64,000 nt of DNA. It comes from an uncultured Alphaproteobacteria bacterium (lineage in GTDB: Bacteria > Pseudomonadota > Alphaproteobacteria > Caulobacterales > Caulobacteraceae). Positions 50,801 to 62,231 of the stretch are shown piece after piece. The position numbers and the translations under genes were made by a program. Location of the stretch: contig CAVVXO010000005.1 of assembly GCA_963752245.1 (NCBI GenBank), positions 34,418 to 98,417 of the forward strand. Reading direction: 5' to 3'. Numbering within the stretch: position 1 is the first letter of the stretch; every line of letters starts with the position of its first letter. The notes under the pieces were generated by a model, which searched no databases, had not been told where the DNA came from, and worked only from the letters and a program-made list of their open reading frames with translations.

Positions 50801-52124
50801 CCTTGCGGGCGAAGGGGTTCAGGCGAATGGCGACGCCGGCCTCGGCGGCCGGATCAGCGACGGGTTCGTAGACCAGCAGCCGCTCGTAGATGCTGCCGAG
50901 CTGGCGGACCGAAAGGTCGCGGTAGTTGATCCGCCGGCGGACTCCCTTCTCCAGCCGCCGCGACAGGGCGTCGAGCAGCGGCGCGAAATCCTTGTCGCCG
51001 AGCCGCGCCCGGCCGAGCATCGGCCCGCGGTCCGGAGCGAACAGCTTGCCGTTGTAGCCGGGCACGCCCAGCGTGTCCTCGCCCTCGTCGATCAGGCGAA
51101 AGAGGTTGACGGCCCGGCGCCACAGATCGTCGGCCTTGCCGGAGAACAGGAAGGCGACATCGATCCGCTCGCCGATGCGCTCGCGCAGCTCGCTCAAGGA
51201 ATAGTCGGCGAAGCGGCGGTCGCGGCGCGGCAGCAGATCGCGATCCTCGGCGTAGAGCACGAACAGCAGGCGGTAGAGCAGGGTGAGGGCCGCCTCGCGC
51301 GCCTCCGCCAGGTATTCCGCCGTCAACGCGACCGGCCGCGCCGGATCGCCGGCGATCAGCGCCCGGATCAAGCCCGGATAGACCGTCTCGAACACCGTGG
51401 CGGCGAGATCCTCGCGGACGCGGGCTTCCCACCGGCGGCCCTCGTCGAGGGCCAGGCTCTGCGCCTCGCCGAAGCCCTCGCGGCGGAAGAACAGCAGGAA
51501 GAGGGTGAGCGCGTCGTGCGGCGGCAGCGCGACGCCGAACAGCGGCGCGGCGGGCGGGGCGAGCCCGAGGACGGCGGCGAGATCGACCTCGAAGAAGGCG
51601 CTCAGCCGGTCGGCCGAGCCCTGCCAATACAGGCGCCAGACGCGCCCGTTGGTCAGGATGCCCCAGCGACAGGCCGGCGAGCGGGCGGCGGCGCGATCCA
51701 TGTAGCGCAGCACCTGGCCGGCCGGCGTCTCGTTGTGCGCCGCCCCGCCGCCGCGCTGATCGAGGCCGATCTTCCACGCCTTGGCGTCGGCCACGGCGAT
51801 CGCGTGGCGATATTTCTCGCGGTCCGGCAGCGGGCCGGCGCTGGCGAACGCCGCGGCATCCGCAAACAGGAGGTAATCGGGAATGTCCTGGCTGGTCGCC
51901 GCCGCCTGCACCAGGCGCAGATCCGTCCAGCCGAGCCGATCGAGCAACGGCCGGATGATCCGGTCCTCGGTCTGCGCCTCGTTGAGGCCGGCGTTCGCCT
52001 CGCCGAACCGCGCCCTCAGCCAGTCGCCGAGCTCCGCCGCCAGCCCGGCGCACGCGCCGTGACCGGGCTGGTCGCGCACCCCCTCCTTGAGGTAGTCCTC
52101 GGCGAAGAGCGCGCCCGCCAGCAT
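47855..52124 (-). pseudogene. Type IIG (Eco57I/MmeI-like) fused restriction endonuclease/N6-adenine methyltransferase; repeatedly frameshifted in 48360-48915 as sequenced (true decay versus assembly error unresolved)
   Basis: N-terminal nuclease NEAQTEDRII..IPDYLL..ADAKAW; MTase motif I DPAMGSGHFL and motif IV GNPPW; broken fragments MFDMTNDS, LYEGKMV..FDHR, GFKEITS, FDYVVRQK, QGQTLNWFIVEQLP; intact C-terminus. Confidence 0.85.
47864..47877 (+). repeat. Half copy of the REP-like element
   Basis: GGAGCGCCGGCCTC, identical to the left arm of copy A; overlaps the last codons of the RM gene. Confidence 0.5.
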
Positions 52125-52326
52125 GGCGCGAGCTTAGGCGCCGAATCGCCCCTCGCCCAAGCCGCTCGGCCAGAGCCGGCGGCCGATCCGCCGCGCGAGT
52201 CCTTAAGGCCTTGAATTCGCCGCTCCGCCAAGGCAGGAGACCCCGCGACGCTCGCTCGGGCGCACTCACGCGAGGCGGTTTGTCGCGCGCCCGCGCCGGC
52301 CATCTCTTTTTCTCAAGCGAGCCTAG

Positions 52327-53370
<1,044 letters not shown>

Positions 53371-53394
53371 CCTAGGGACCTTTTCGCACGCGGA

Positions 53395-53506
53395 GACGGA
53401 AGGGCCCGAGCCGATCGGGGCGTGAGAGGATGAGGGTGGCCGAGCCAGCCGGGTAGCCCCTCACCCTGCCATCGCCGGCGCGATGGGCCGCTCCCTCCGG
53501 AAGGGG
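53395..53506. repeat. Degenerate alphaproteobacterial intergenic palindromic repeat (CIR/RIME-like)
   Basis: GATGAGGG(53429-36)/CCCTCACC(53458-65) arms plus a CCATCGC-CGGC-GCGATGG hairpin (53469-86). Confidence 0.5.
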
Positions 53507-53529
53507 TTGCTCGGTAGGAGGGTTTCGCT

Positions 53530-54515
53530 CTGCCTCTAAGAGACGGCGCCTTTTCCGATCCTCGGCCGCGCGCCAGCTGGCGCGCCCTGGCGGGGCTGGC
53601 GCTCGCGGCGCTCGTCGCGGTCGGCTTGCTCGCCTGGTCGCTGCGCGCCGGCGAGGGCTCGAGCGCGGCGGGCCGGGCCGGCTTCGACGCGGCGGCGGCG
53701 CCGGTGGCGAGCGCCTGGGCGGCGCCGTTCCGGGCGCTCGGCGGGGCGGGTGACGGGATCGCCGCCTACATCGACGCCGGGTCGCAAAACGCCGCGCTGC
53801 GGCGCGAGCTGATCGTCATGCGCGGCTGGCGCGACACCGCCCTCGGCCTGGCGCAGGAAAACGCCCGGCTGCGAAGCCTGCTGGAGGTGCGCACCGATCC
53901 GCCAATTCCCCTCGTCGCGGCCCGGACCATCCTGGAATCGCGCGGCCCGTTCAGCCAGTCGCGGCTGGCCGACGTCGGCGCCGATCGCGGCGTCGGCGAG
54001 GGCAATCCGGCGCTGAGCGAGCATGGGCTGATCGGCCGGGTGACCGGCGTCGCCGCGCACGCCTGCCGCATCCTGCTGCTCACCGACCCGGTGAGCCGCG
54101 TCCCGGTGCTGCTGCCGCGGGTCAACGGCCGCGCGATCCTGGCCGGCGACGGCGGGCCCAATCCATCGCTGCAGTTCCTGCGCGCCCATCTCGGCCTGAG
54201 GCTCGGCGACCGGGTGCTGACCAGCGGCGACGGCGGCGTCTTCCCGCGCGGCCTGGCGGTCGGCGAGGTGGTGCGCGGCCTGGATGGCGCCTGGCGGGTG
54301 GCGCTCGACAGCGACGCCGCCCCGATCGATTTCGTCGACATCCTGCTCTTCACCTCCTTCGCCCAGGTCGCGCCGCCCGCCGCCGGGCCGCTGCCGAGCC
54401 CGGCGACCGAACCGCCGGCGGCGCCGCCGGCCGTCGCGACGACCCCGGCGCAAGCCCGCGACGCGAGGCAGGCGCCGCGACGCCGGTCGCCAAGACGCCG
54501 GTTGCCGGACGGTGA
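53530..54515 (+). CDS. mreC: Rod shape-determining protein MreC (probable CTG start; tail probably frameshifted near 54470)
   Basis: LPLRDGAFSD.. TM, QENARLRSLL..RTDPPIP, GLIGRV, LLLTD, GDRVLTSGDGGVFPRGL; an alternative frame ends GAATPVAKTPVAGR* at the GTGA overlap with mreD. Confidence 0.9.
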
Positions 54516-55022
54516 AACGCCGCCCCACCGCGCCGCCCAGCCTCCTCGCCTGGCTGCTGGTCGCCCGCGGCGCTCGCCTTGCTGGCAAGCCTCGCCTTCG
54601 CCGCGCCGGCGCGCCTGTTTGGCCTCGCCCTCCCCGAGCCGGTGTTCGCCTGCGCGCCGGCCTTCGCCTGGGCGCTGATCCGCCCCTCGCTGATGGCCCC
54701 GGTCGCGCTCGTGGTCGTCGGCTTGGCGCTCGATCTCCTGTGGCGCGCGCCGCTCGGTTTCTGGGCCGCCTGCCTGATCGCGGCCTATGCGACGAGCTTC
54801 GTTCTGGCCGAGACACTGTTGGACGGCGCCGTCGGCCTCGCCTGGGGTGGATACGCCCTGGCCTGCGCCGCCGCCCTGGCCGTGGGCCTCGCCCTGACCT
54901 TCGTCCGCGCCGGGGTCATCGCCGACCCGGCCGCGGTCGCCTGGCAATGGCTGGCCACCGCCGCCCTGTTCCCCTTCGCCTGGCGCCTCGTGCAACGCTA
55001 TGAAGCGGCCCATGTCCGCTGA
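54512..55022 (+). CDS. mreD: Rod shape-determining protein MreD; +1 frameshift near 54563
   Basis: VKRRPTAPPSLLAWLLV then PAALALLASL..LFGLALPEPVF..AFAWALIRPS..GLALDLLW; position between mreC and mrdA. Confidence 0.85.
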
Positions 55023-56967
55023 TCTGCCCACCGAACGCCAGGGGGTGTTCCATCGGCGCGCCTTCCTGTTCGGCGGCGCCGCGGCGCTGGGGACGGCGGC
55101 GCTGGCCGGCCGGCTGGTGCAGCTCCAGGTCATCGAGGCCGGCCGCTATCGCATGCTCTCGGAACACAACCGTTTCCAGTTCCAGCTGACCACCCCGCCG
55201 CGCGGGCTGATCCTCGATCGGGACGGCGTGGTGCTGGCTTCGAACCGGCCGGACTTCCGCCTGTTGCTGGCCAAGGACGAGACGACCGACATCCCCGCCA
55301 TCCTGGCGCGCATCGCCGAGCTGATCCCGATGGAGCCGGCCCGCCTCTCCCGCCTGCGGGCCGATATCGAGGACGCGCCGCGCAAGGCGCCGGTGACGCT
55401 GGTCGAGGACATGAGCTGGGAGCAGTTCGCCGCGATCAACGCCCGCGCCCCGGAGCTGCCCGGCGTCACCGCCGACATGGGCGAGGTGCGCGTCTATCCG
55501 TTCACCGGGGCCTTCGCCCACGTCATCGGCTACGTCGCCAAGGTCAGCGCCAAGGACGTGGCCAAGACCGGTCCGAACGCCGACCCGATCCTGCTCAACC
55601 CCGGCTTCCGCATCGGCAAGCAGGGCATCGAGAAGAGCTACGATCTCGACCTGCGCGGTCGGCCGGGGGCGCGCAAGGTCGAGGTGGACGTGAAGGGACG
55701 GGTGGTCGGCCACGATCCGGCCGGCGACGTCGCCGCCGCGCCCGGCGCGCCGATCCGTCTCACCCTCGACGCCGACATTCAGAACCGCGCCGTGGAGGTG
55801 TTCGGCGAGGACAGCGGCGCGGCGGTGATGCTCGACTGCCGGTCGGGGGACGTGCTGTGCCTGTTCTCGGCCCCGAGCTTCGACGCCAACCTGTTCGTCA
55901 AGGGCCTGACCAAGCCGCAGTATCAGGCGCTGGCCGGCTACGACCACAAGCCGCTCTACAACAAGGCGCTCACCGCCACCTATCCGCCGGGCTCGACCTT
56001 CAAGACGCTCGTGGCGCTGGCGGCGCTGAAGCAAGGGATCGATCCGTCGACCACCCACACCTGCGGCAAGGTGTGGTTCTGGGGCGGTCGGCCGTGGGGC
56101 TGCGACAAGGCGCACGGCACGTTGAACATGCACGACGCGATCAAGCTGTCGTGCGATATCTATTTCTACCAGACGGCGCTCGCGGTCGGCCCGAACCGGA
56201 TGGCGGAGATGGCCCGCGCCTTCGGCCTCGGCGACACCTTCGACATCGGCATACCGGGCCAGAAGCCCGGCATCGTGCCCGACACCGCCTACAAGCGCCG
56301 CGCCTTTCCGCGCGATCCCGTCTGGCACGGCGGCGAGACGCCGAGCATGGGCATCGGCCAAGGGTATCTTTCGGTCAACGCCCTGCAGCTGGCGGTGCAG
56401 GCGGCGCGGCTGGCCAACGGCCAGGTGGCGCTGCGGCCGCGGCTCGTCCATTCGGTAGGCGAGGCGACCGCGCTGGCTGGCGGCCGCGCCCCGGCGCTCG
56501 GCGTCGATCCCGATCACCTCGCCTTCATCCGCGACGCCATGGCGGCGGTGGTGACCAGCGGCACGGCGGCGGCCAATGGCGTCGCCGATCTCGGCTTCGG
56601 CCCGGTGCGCATGGCCGGCAAGACCGGCACCGCCCAGTCGCACTCCTACAAGGGCGGCCGCGGCGCGCACGGGGCGCAAGGCGCCTGGGCGTTGCGCGAC
56701 CACGCCTGGTTCATCGCCTTCGCTCCGGCCGACGATCCCCGGTACGCCATGAGCGTGCTGGTCGAGCACGGCGGCTTCGGCGCCGACGCCTCCGCGCCCA
56801 AGGCGCGCGAGATCATGCGCGTCGCCCTGCTGAAGGACCCCGAGGTCCGCGCCCGGATCGTCCAGCCGCCGGCCGCCCCCGTGTCCGACTCACGGAGCGC
56901 CGGCGTCCACGCCGGCACACGAAGAGCCGGCCAGGAGGCCGGCGCTCCGGCAGCCAACGCCGCGTGA
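55012..56967 (+). CDS. mrdA: Penicillin-binding protein 2
   Basis: PPRGLILDR, SxxK in PPGSTFK, SCDIYFY, KTG in MAGKTGTAQ, DHAWF; start 55012 or 55000. Confidence 0.97.
   Translation: MSADLPTERQGVFHRRAFLFGGAAALGTAALAGRLVQLQVIEAGRYRMLSEHNRFQFQLTTPPRGLILDRDGVVLASNRPDFRLLLAKDETTDIPAILARIAELIPMEPARLSRLRADIEDAPRKAPVTLVEDMSWEQFAAINARAPELPGVTADMGEVRVYPFTGAFAHVIGYVAKVSAKDVAKTGPNADPILLNPGFRIGKQGIEKSYDLDLRGRPGARKVEVDVKGRVVGHDPAGDVAAAPGAPIRLTLDADIQNRAVEVFGEDSGAAVMLDCRSGDVLCLFSAPSFDANLFVKGLTKPQYQALAGYDHKPLYNKALTATYPPGSTFKTLVALAALKQGIDPSTTHTCGKVWFWGGRPWGCDKAHGTLNMHDAIKLSCDIYFYQTALAVGPNRMAEMARAFGLGDTFDIGIPGQKPGIVPDTAYKRRAFPRDPVWHGGETPSMGIGQGYLSVNALQLAVQAARLANGQVALRPRLVHSVGEATALAGGRAPALGVDPDHLAFIRDAMAAVVTSGTAAANGVADLGFGPVRMAGKTGTAQSHSYKGGRGAHGAQGAWALRDHAWFIAFAPADDPRYAMSVLVEHGGFGADASAPKAREIMRVALLKDPEVRARIVQPPAAPVSDSRSAGVHAGTRRAGQEAGAPAANAA
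56894..56948 (-). repeat. REP-like element copy C, inside the mrdA coding tail
   Basis: Reverse complement GGAGCGCCGGCCTCC-17 nt-GCCGGCGTGGACGCCGGCGCTCC matches copy A; encodes RSAGVHAGTRRAGQEAGAP. Confidence 0.8.
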
Positions 56968-58151
56968 GCGTCCCGACGATCGTGCGCCATGGCGAGGCGG
57001 AGAGCCTCTCCGGCCGGCTCGCACGCGTCGACTGGCGTTTCTGCGCCGTGCTGACCGCCATAGCGGCGATCGGCTCCTTGATGCTCTATTCCATCGCCGG
57101 CCAGAGCTGGTCGCCCTGGGCGTGGAAGCACATTGGCCTGTTCGCCCTCTGCCTCATGCTGATGATCGCCCTCGCCCTCCTCGACGTACGAGTCTGGTAC
57201 GCGGCGGCGTGGCCGACCTACGCCCTCGGCATCCTGCTGCTGCTGGCCGTCGCGGCGATCGGCCACTCGAGCTTGGGCGCCAAGCGCTGGCTGGATATCG
57301 CCCACGTGCGCCTGCAGCCCTCGGAGATCGTCAAGATCGGCGTCGTCCTGGCGCTGGCGCGCTTCTATCATGGCCTGCCGCTGGAGAAGGCGCATCATTC
57401 CTGGCGCCTGCTGATTCCGCTCGGCCTGATCGCCCTGCCGGCGGCGCTGGTCGCCCACCAGCCCGATCTCGGCACCGCGATCCTGATCGCCGCCACCGGC
57501 GTCGCCATGATGATCCTGGCGGGCCTGAGCCTGCGCCTCGTCGCGCTCGCCGCATTGGCGCTCGGCGCCGTCGTGCCGGCCGCCTTCCTGTTCGTGCTGA
57601 AGGGCTATCAGCGCGCCCGCCTGCTCACCTTCCTCAATCCCGAGGCCGACAAGTCCGGCGCCGGCTACCACATCATCCAGTCGAAGATCGCGCTCGGCTC
57701 CGGCGGCCTGCTCGGCAAGGGGCTGGGGCTCGGCAGCCAGAGCCAGCTCAACTTCCTGCCCGAGAAATCCACCGACTTCATCTTCGCCAGCCTCGCCGAG
57801 GAGTTCGGCTTCGTGGGTTGCGCCACCCTGCTGGCGCTCTACGCCGCCGCCATCCTCATGGCCCTGCGCATGGCGGCGCTGGCGCACAGCCACTTCGGCC
57901 GCCTCGCCGCCGCCGGGGTGACGGTCACCTTCGCCCTGTGCGTGCTGATCAACGGCGCCATGGTCATGGGCCTCGCCCCGGTGGTCGGCGTGCCCATGCC
58001 GCTGCTCTCCTTCGGCGGCACGGTGATGATCACCATGATGGTCGGCTTCGCCCTGGTGCTCGGCGTGCGCGTGCACCGCTATGGCGAGGTGGGGGGCGGG
58101 GGGGGTGTTCTGATGGATAAATATCCGTTCCGCCGGCGCGCAGGCTCATAG
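56964..58151 (+). CDS. rodA: SEDS glycosyltransferase RodA (true stop probably 58113 after a poly-G correction)
   Basis: GAKRWL, QPSEIVK, QPDLGTA, GYHIIQSKIALGSGG, FLPEKSTDFIF, PMPLLSFGG; GTGA overlap with mrdA. Confidence 0.96.
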   Translation: MSVPTIVRHGEAESLSGRLARVDWRFCAVLTAIAAIGSLMLYSIAGQSWSPWAWKHIGLFALCLMLMIALALLDVRVWYAAAWPTYALGILLLLAVAAIGHSSLGAKRWLDIAHVRLQPSEIVKIGVVLALARFYHGLPLEKAHHSWRLLIPLGLIALPAALVAHQPDLGTAILIAATGVAMMILAGLSLRLVALAALALGAVVPAAFLFVLKGYQRARLLTFLNPEADKSGAGYHIIQSKIALGSGGLLGKGLGLGSQSQLNFLPEKSTDFIFASLAEEFGFVGCATLLALYAAAILMALRMAALAHSHFGRLAAAGVTVTFALCVLINGAMVMGLAPVVGVPMPLLSFGGTVMITMMVGFALVLGVRVHRYGEVGGGGGVLMDKYPFRRRAGS

Positions 58152-58712
58152 CCCCGGCAGCTTCACCTTGTTCGAGGTGCGGCGGGCGATGACGACCTGC
58201 TGGTTTCCCGTCAAGCCCTGGATGCGGCGGGCCTCGGCGGCCGGGTCGATGGCGACGGGCGTCTCCGCGCCGGCCGCCGCGGCGGTCTGCGAGGGGGCGC
58301 TGGGCGGCTGGCCCTTGCGCCAGAACATCACCCAGTCGGCGAAGCCGCGATCCTTGTGCGCCAGGGAGCCGAAGTCGTCGTCGACGACGTAGCGGATCAG
58401 CGGGTCGGCCTTGTCGGCGCCGGCCCGGCTGGCCAGCAGACGCTCGCCCTCGGAGCGGGCTTCGGCGTTGCGCTCGCCGAGCAGCGCCTGGCGGGCGGCG
58501 CTCTCGGGCTGCAGCTCCTGCGGCCGGGGTTCGCCGGGCATCGGCGGGCGCAGGGAATAGTCGGGCGGCAAGGTGAGCGGCGCCTTGGTGACGACGCGGA
58601 ACTCGTCCGGCTGCACCTTGCTGATGCCGAGCGCCTGACTGGCCGACTTGCAGCCGGCGAGCCCGCCGGCCCCGGCGAGAAGAAGAGCCGCGAGGAGGAA
58701 CCGCACGCGCAT
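58146..58712 (-). CDS. DUF3035-family lipoprotein
   Basis: Lipobox LAGC, PDEFRVVTKAPLTLPPDYSLRPP; downstream of lspA as in other alphaproteobacteria. Confidence 0.85.
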   Translation of the reverse strand: MRVRFLLAALLLAGAGGLAGCKSASQALGISKVQPDEFRVVTKAPLTLPPDYSLRPPMPGEPRPQELQPESAARQALLGERNAEARSEGERLLASRAGADKADPLIRYVVDDDFGSLAHKDRGFADWVMFWRKGQPPSAPSQTAAAAGAETPVAIDPAAEARRIQGLTGNQQVVIARRTSNKVKLPGL

Positions 58713-58786
58713 GAACGTCATCGTCCTGAAAGATGATGGAGGGCGCCAGCCAGGATCACGGCTGCCGCGTCGGCCGATCCGATACC

Positions 58787-59300
58787 TCATTCGCCGTCGA
58801 ACTCGCCACCGATCGCCGACGACGGCGGCGCTTTCGGGGCGAACAGGCTCTCGAGCAGCAGCAGGGCGACGCCGATGTTGATGGCGCTGTCGGCGATGTT
58901 GAACACCCAGGGAAAGCCGAGCCGCTGGACATCGATGAAATCGACCACATGGCCGATGCGCACGCGATCGGCGACATTGCCGAGCGCCCCGCCGATGATC
59001 AGGCCGACGGCCGCGGCGAGGAGCGGGCGGCTGGCGCGGCGCACCCAGGCGGCGAGCCCCACGGCCACCGCGACGGAAAACAGGATGAGCGCCAGCCGCC
59101 CGAGGCCGGCGTCGCTCTGGAACAGGCCGAAGCTGATGCCGCGGTTGGCCACCAGGGTGAGGCGCAGCGGCCCAAGCACATCGATGGAGCCGCCGGCGAG
59201 CAGTTCGCCCTGGCGCAACGACCCACGCCTTGGCGGCCTGATCGGCGAGAATCACCGCGGCGGCCACGGCGTAGGCGAACGGCGCGAGGCGGCGGCTCAT
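58787..59300 (-). CDS. lspA: Lipoprotein signal peptidase II; +1 frameshift near 59220
   Basis: MSRRL..ADQAAKAWV then NRGISFG, GGALGNVADR, VVDFID, FNIADSAI; ATGA overlap with the ileS stop. Confidence 0.95.
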
Positions 59301-62200
59301 CGGTGGGCGGCGTCCCAGGCGGCGACCGCGTCGGCGTCGCGGAGGGAAAGGTCGGGATAGCGCGGGTCGCCGCCGACCTCCGGCAGGATGCGCCAGGAGC
59401 GGGCGCACTTGCGGCCCGCCGCCCGCCGCGCCTCGACCGCCACGCCCGCGACGCCGTCCAGCCGGAAGGCGTCGGCCGGTCCGTCGCCGGCGATCAGCGT
59501 CGCCTGGCTGGCGCGGAACACCTCGGCCGGATCAAGGCCATCGAAGGCGGCGAGGAGGGCCGGGTCGGCGACATGGACGATGGGCGCCGCTTCCAGCGCC
59601 GCGCCGATGCGCTTTTCGCGGCGCTCGACCTCCAGCGCCCCGGTGACGACGGCGGTGACCTTCTGGACCAGCGGCCAGCGCGACGCCTCCGCCTCGTTTC
59701 GCCACGCCTCCGGGCTGGCGGGAAAGACGCGCGCCGCGTTCGCCCCTGGCCCGGCGCCCGGGAAACGCGCCGCCCAGGCCTCCTCCATGGTGAAGGGCAG
59801 CAGCGGCGAGAGCCAGGCGGTCAGCCGTTCGAAGGCGGCGTCCATCACCGTGCGGCAAGCGCGGCGTCGCGGCGAGTCCGGCCGGTCGCAATAGAGGGCG
59901 TCGCGACGGATGTCGAAGAACCAGGCCGACAGGTCGTTGGCGCAGAAGTCCGACAGGGCGCGAGCGATCTCGGCGAAGCGATAGCCCTGATAGGCGGCGC
60001 GCGCCTCGCCATCGAGCCGCCACAGGCGATCGAGGATGAAGCGCTCGAGCGGCGGCATGGCGGCTGCCTCGACGCGCTCGTCGTCGCCGAAGCCGTCGAG
60101 CGCGCCCAGCAGATAGCGAACGGTGTTGCGCAGCTTGCGATAGGCCTCGGTGGTGGTCTTGAGGATCTCCGGACCGATACGCTGGTCCTCGGCGTAGTCG
60201 GTCAGCGCCGCCCACAGGCGCAGGATCTCGGCGCCGCTTTCACCGATCACCTTCTGCGGCTCGATGGTGTTGCCGAGCGACTTCGACATCTTCTCGCCGT
60301 TCTGGTCGAGGGTGAAGCCATGGGTGAGGATGGCGCGAAAGGGGGCTCGCCCCCGTGTCGCGCAGCCTTCAAGCAGCGAGGACTGGAACCAGCCGCGATG
60401 CTGGTCGGAGCCCTCCGAATAGAGATCGGCCGGCCAGCGGCTGTCGGCTCGGCCCGCGATCGCGAAGGCGTGGGTCGAGCCGGAGTCGAACCAGACGTCG
60501 AGGATGTCGTCGACCTTCTCGAACCGCTGGGGATCGTGATTGCCGAGGAAGTCGCGCGCCGGCCGCGTGAACCAGGCGTCCGCCCCTTCCTCGGCGATCA
60601 GCCGGACGATGCGGGCGTTGACCAGCGGATCCTTCAGCGGCCGGCCCGTCGCCTTCTCCACGAAGATCGCCATCGGCGATCCCCAGGCGCGCTGGCGGCT
60701 GACCAGCCAGTCGGGTCGCTGCTCGACCATGGCGCGGATGCGGGCGCGGCCGGCCTCGGGATGGAAAGCGGTCTCCTCGACGGCGGCGAGCGCGGTCTCG
60801 CGCAGGGTGCGGCCGCCATGAGCCGGATCGCGCAGGGGCGCGTCGAGGCGGATGAACCATTGCGGCGTGTTGCGGAAGATCACCGGCGCCTTGGACCGCC
60901 AGCTCATCGGATAGCTGTGCTCCAGACGGCCGCGGGCCAGCAGGGCGCCGGCCTCGATCAGCTTTTCGGTCACCGCGGCGTTGGCCGGGCCGAACCGGCC
61001 GGCCTTCTTCCCCTCGGTCTCCAGCACCTTCAGCCCGGCGAAGAGCGGCACATGGGGGTAGTAGGCGCCGGTCTCGTCGACCGTCTCGGGGATCTCGGTC
61101 TCGCCGCTCGCCAGCCAGAGGCGATAGTCGTCGGCCCCGTGGCCGGGCGCGGTATGGACGAAGCCGGTTCCGGCGTCCTCGGTGACGTGCTCGCCGGCCA
61201 GCAGCGGCACGGCGAAGCCGTAGCCGGGGTCGAGAGGCGCGAGCGGATGACGGCATTCGGCGGCCGTCGGATCGAAGCCGCCGAGCCTCGTCCAGGCGGC
61301 GATGTGGGCGGCGACGCGGACCTGATCGGCGAGAGCCTCGGCCACCACCAGGCGCTCGCCCACTCTCGCCCAGGGCTCGAACGCCAGACCGCCCGCGAGT
61401 TCGTCCACCCGGTAGACGGCGTAGGCGATCCTTGGATTGTAGGCGATCGCCCGGTTCGCCGGCAAAGTCCAGGGCGTGGTCGTCCAGATGACCACCGCGG
61501 CGCCCGCCGCGGGGCCGGCCGTCACCAAAAAGCGCACCCACACCGTCGGCGAGACATGATCGTGGTATTCGACCTCGGCCTCGGCCAGGGCCGTCCGCTC
61601 CACCGGGCTCCACATCACCGGCTTGGAGCCGCGAAACACCTGGCCCGAGGCGACCACCTTGTGGAACTCGGCGACGATCGCGGCCTCGGCGGAAAAGTCC
61701 ATGGTGGCGTAGCGGTTCGCCCACTCGCCGAGCACGCCCAGGCGCTGGAACTCGGCGGATTGGGCGGCGATCCAGTGGGCGGCGTAGTCGCGGCAGCGCG
61801 CGCGGAACTCGGCCTTGGTCACCGCCTCCTTGCGGCGGCCTTCCTTGCGAAATTCCTCCTCGATCTTCCATTCGATCGGCAGGCCGTGACAGTCCCAGCC
61901 GGGCCGGTAGTCGACATCGAAACCGAGCGCGAAGCGCGAGCGGACGACGAAGTCCTTGATCAGCTTGTCGAGGGCGTGGCCGATGTGGATCGGGCCGTTG
62001 GCGTAAGGCGGGCCATCGTGCAGCACGAACAGCGGCGCGCCGGCGCCTTGGCGGGCGGCGCGAATGCGGGCGTACAGGCCGGCCCAGCTCTCCAGCAGGC
62101 GCGGCTCCATCTGAGGCAGGCCGCCGCGCATCGGGAAGGACGTCGATGGCAGGAACACCGTCTCGCGATAGTCACGGGACGGCGCGGGGGTTTCGATCAT
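59297..62200 (-). CDS. ileS: Isoleucine-tRNA ligase
   Basis: DGPPYANG..HIGH, GWDCHGLPIE, WTTTPWTLP, GTGFVHTAPGHG, EGSDQHRGWF, KMSKS. Confidence 0.99.
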   Translation of the reverse strand: MIETPAPSRDYRETVFLPSTSFPMRGGLPQMEPRLLESWAGLYARIRAARQGAGAPLFVLHDGPPYANGPIHIGHALDKLIKDFVVRSRFALGFDVDYRPGWDCHGLPIEWKIEEEFRKEGRRKEAVTKAEFRARCRDYAAHWIAAQSAEFQRLGVLGEWANRYATMDFSAEAAIVAEFHKVVASGQVFRGSKPVMWSPVERTALAEAEVEYHDHVSPTVWVRFLVTAGPAAGAAVVIWTTTPWTLPANRAIAYNPRIAYAVYRVDELAGGLAFEPWARVGERLVVAEALADQVRVAAHIAAWTRLGGFDPTAAECRHPLAPLDPGYGFAVPLLAGEHVTEDAGTGFVHTAPGHGADDYRLWLASGETEIPETVDETGAYYPHVPLFAGLKVLETEGKKAGRFGPANAAVTEKLIEAGALLARGRLEHSYPMSWRSKAPVIFRNTPQWFIRLDAPLRDPAHGGRTLRETALAAVEETAFHPEAGRARIRAMVEQRPDWLVSRQRAWGSPMAIFVEKATGRPLKDPLVNARIVRLIAEEGADAWFTRPARDFLGNHDPQRFEKVDDILDVWFDSGSTHAFAIAGRADSRWPADLYSEGSDQHRGWFQSSLLEGCATRGRAPFRAILTHGFTLDQNGEKMSKSLGNTIEPQKVIGESGAEILRLWAALTDYAEDQRIGPEILKTTTEAYRKLRNTVRYLLGALDGFGDDERVEAAAMPPLERFILDRLWRLDGEARAAYQGYRFAEIARALSDFCANDLSAWFFDIRRDALYCDRPDSPRRRACRTVMDAAFERLTAWLSPLLPFTMEEAWAARFPGAGPGANAARVFPASPEAWRNEAEASRWPLVQKVTAVVTGALEVERREKRIGAALEAAPIVHVADPALLAAFDGLDPAEVFRASQATLIAGDGPADAFRLDGVAGVAVEARRAAGRKCARSWRILPEVGGDPRYPDLSLRDADAVAAWDAAHR

Positions 62201-62231
62201 GGCGGCGTGGCTCGGCGTCGTTTGAAGAGGC

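Noticed and set aside
47855-52124. BREX (PglX) or DISARM system
   Set aside because: None of the companion genes are present; both neighbours are unrelated metabolic or core genes.
58090-58151. Novel RodA C-terminal extension overlapping the convergent gene
   Set aside because: Explained by one extra G in a poly-G tract, which restores a TGA at 58111-58113.
59297-59420. Degenerate C-terminal zinc finger of IleRS (CARSW..LSLRD)
   Set aside because: Loss of these Cys ligands is, to my knowledge, common in alphaproteobacterial IleRS; not specific to this window.
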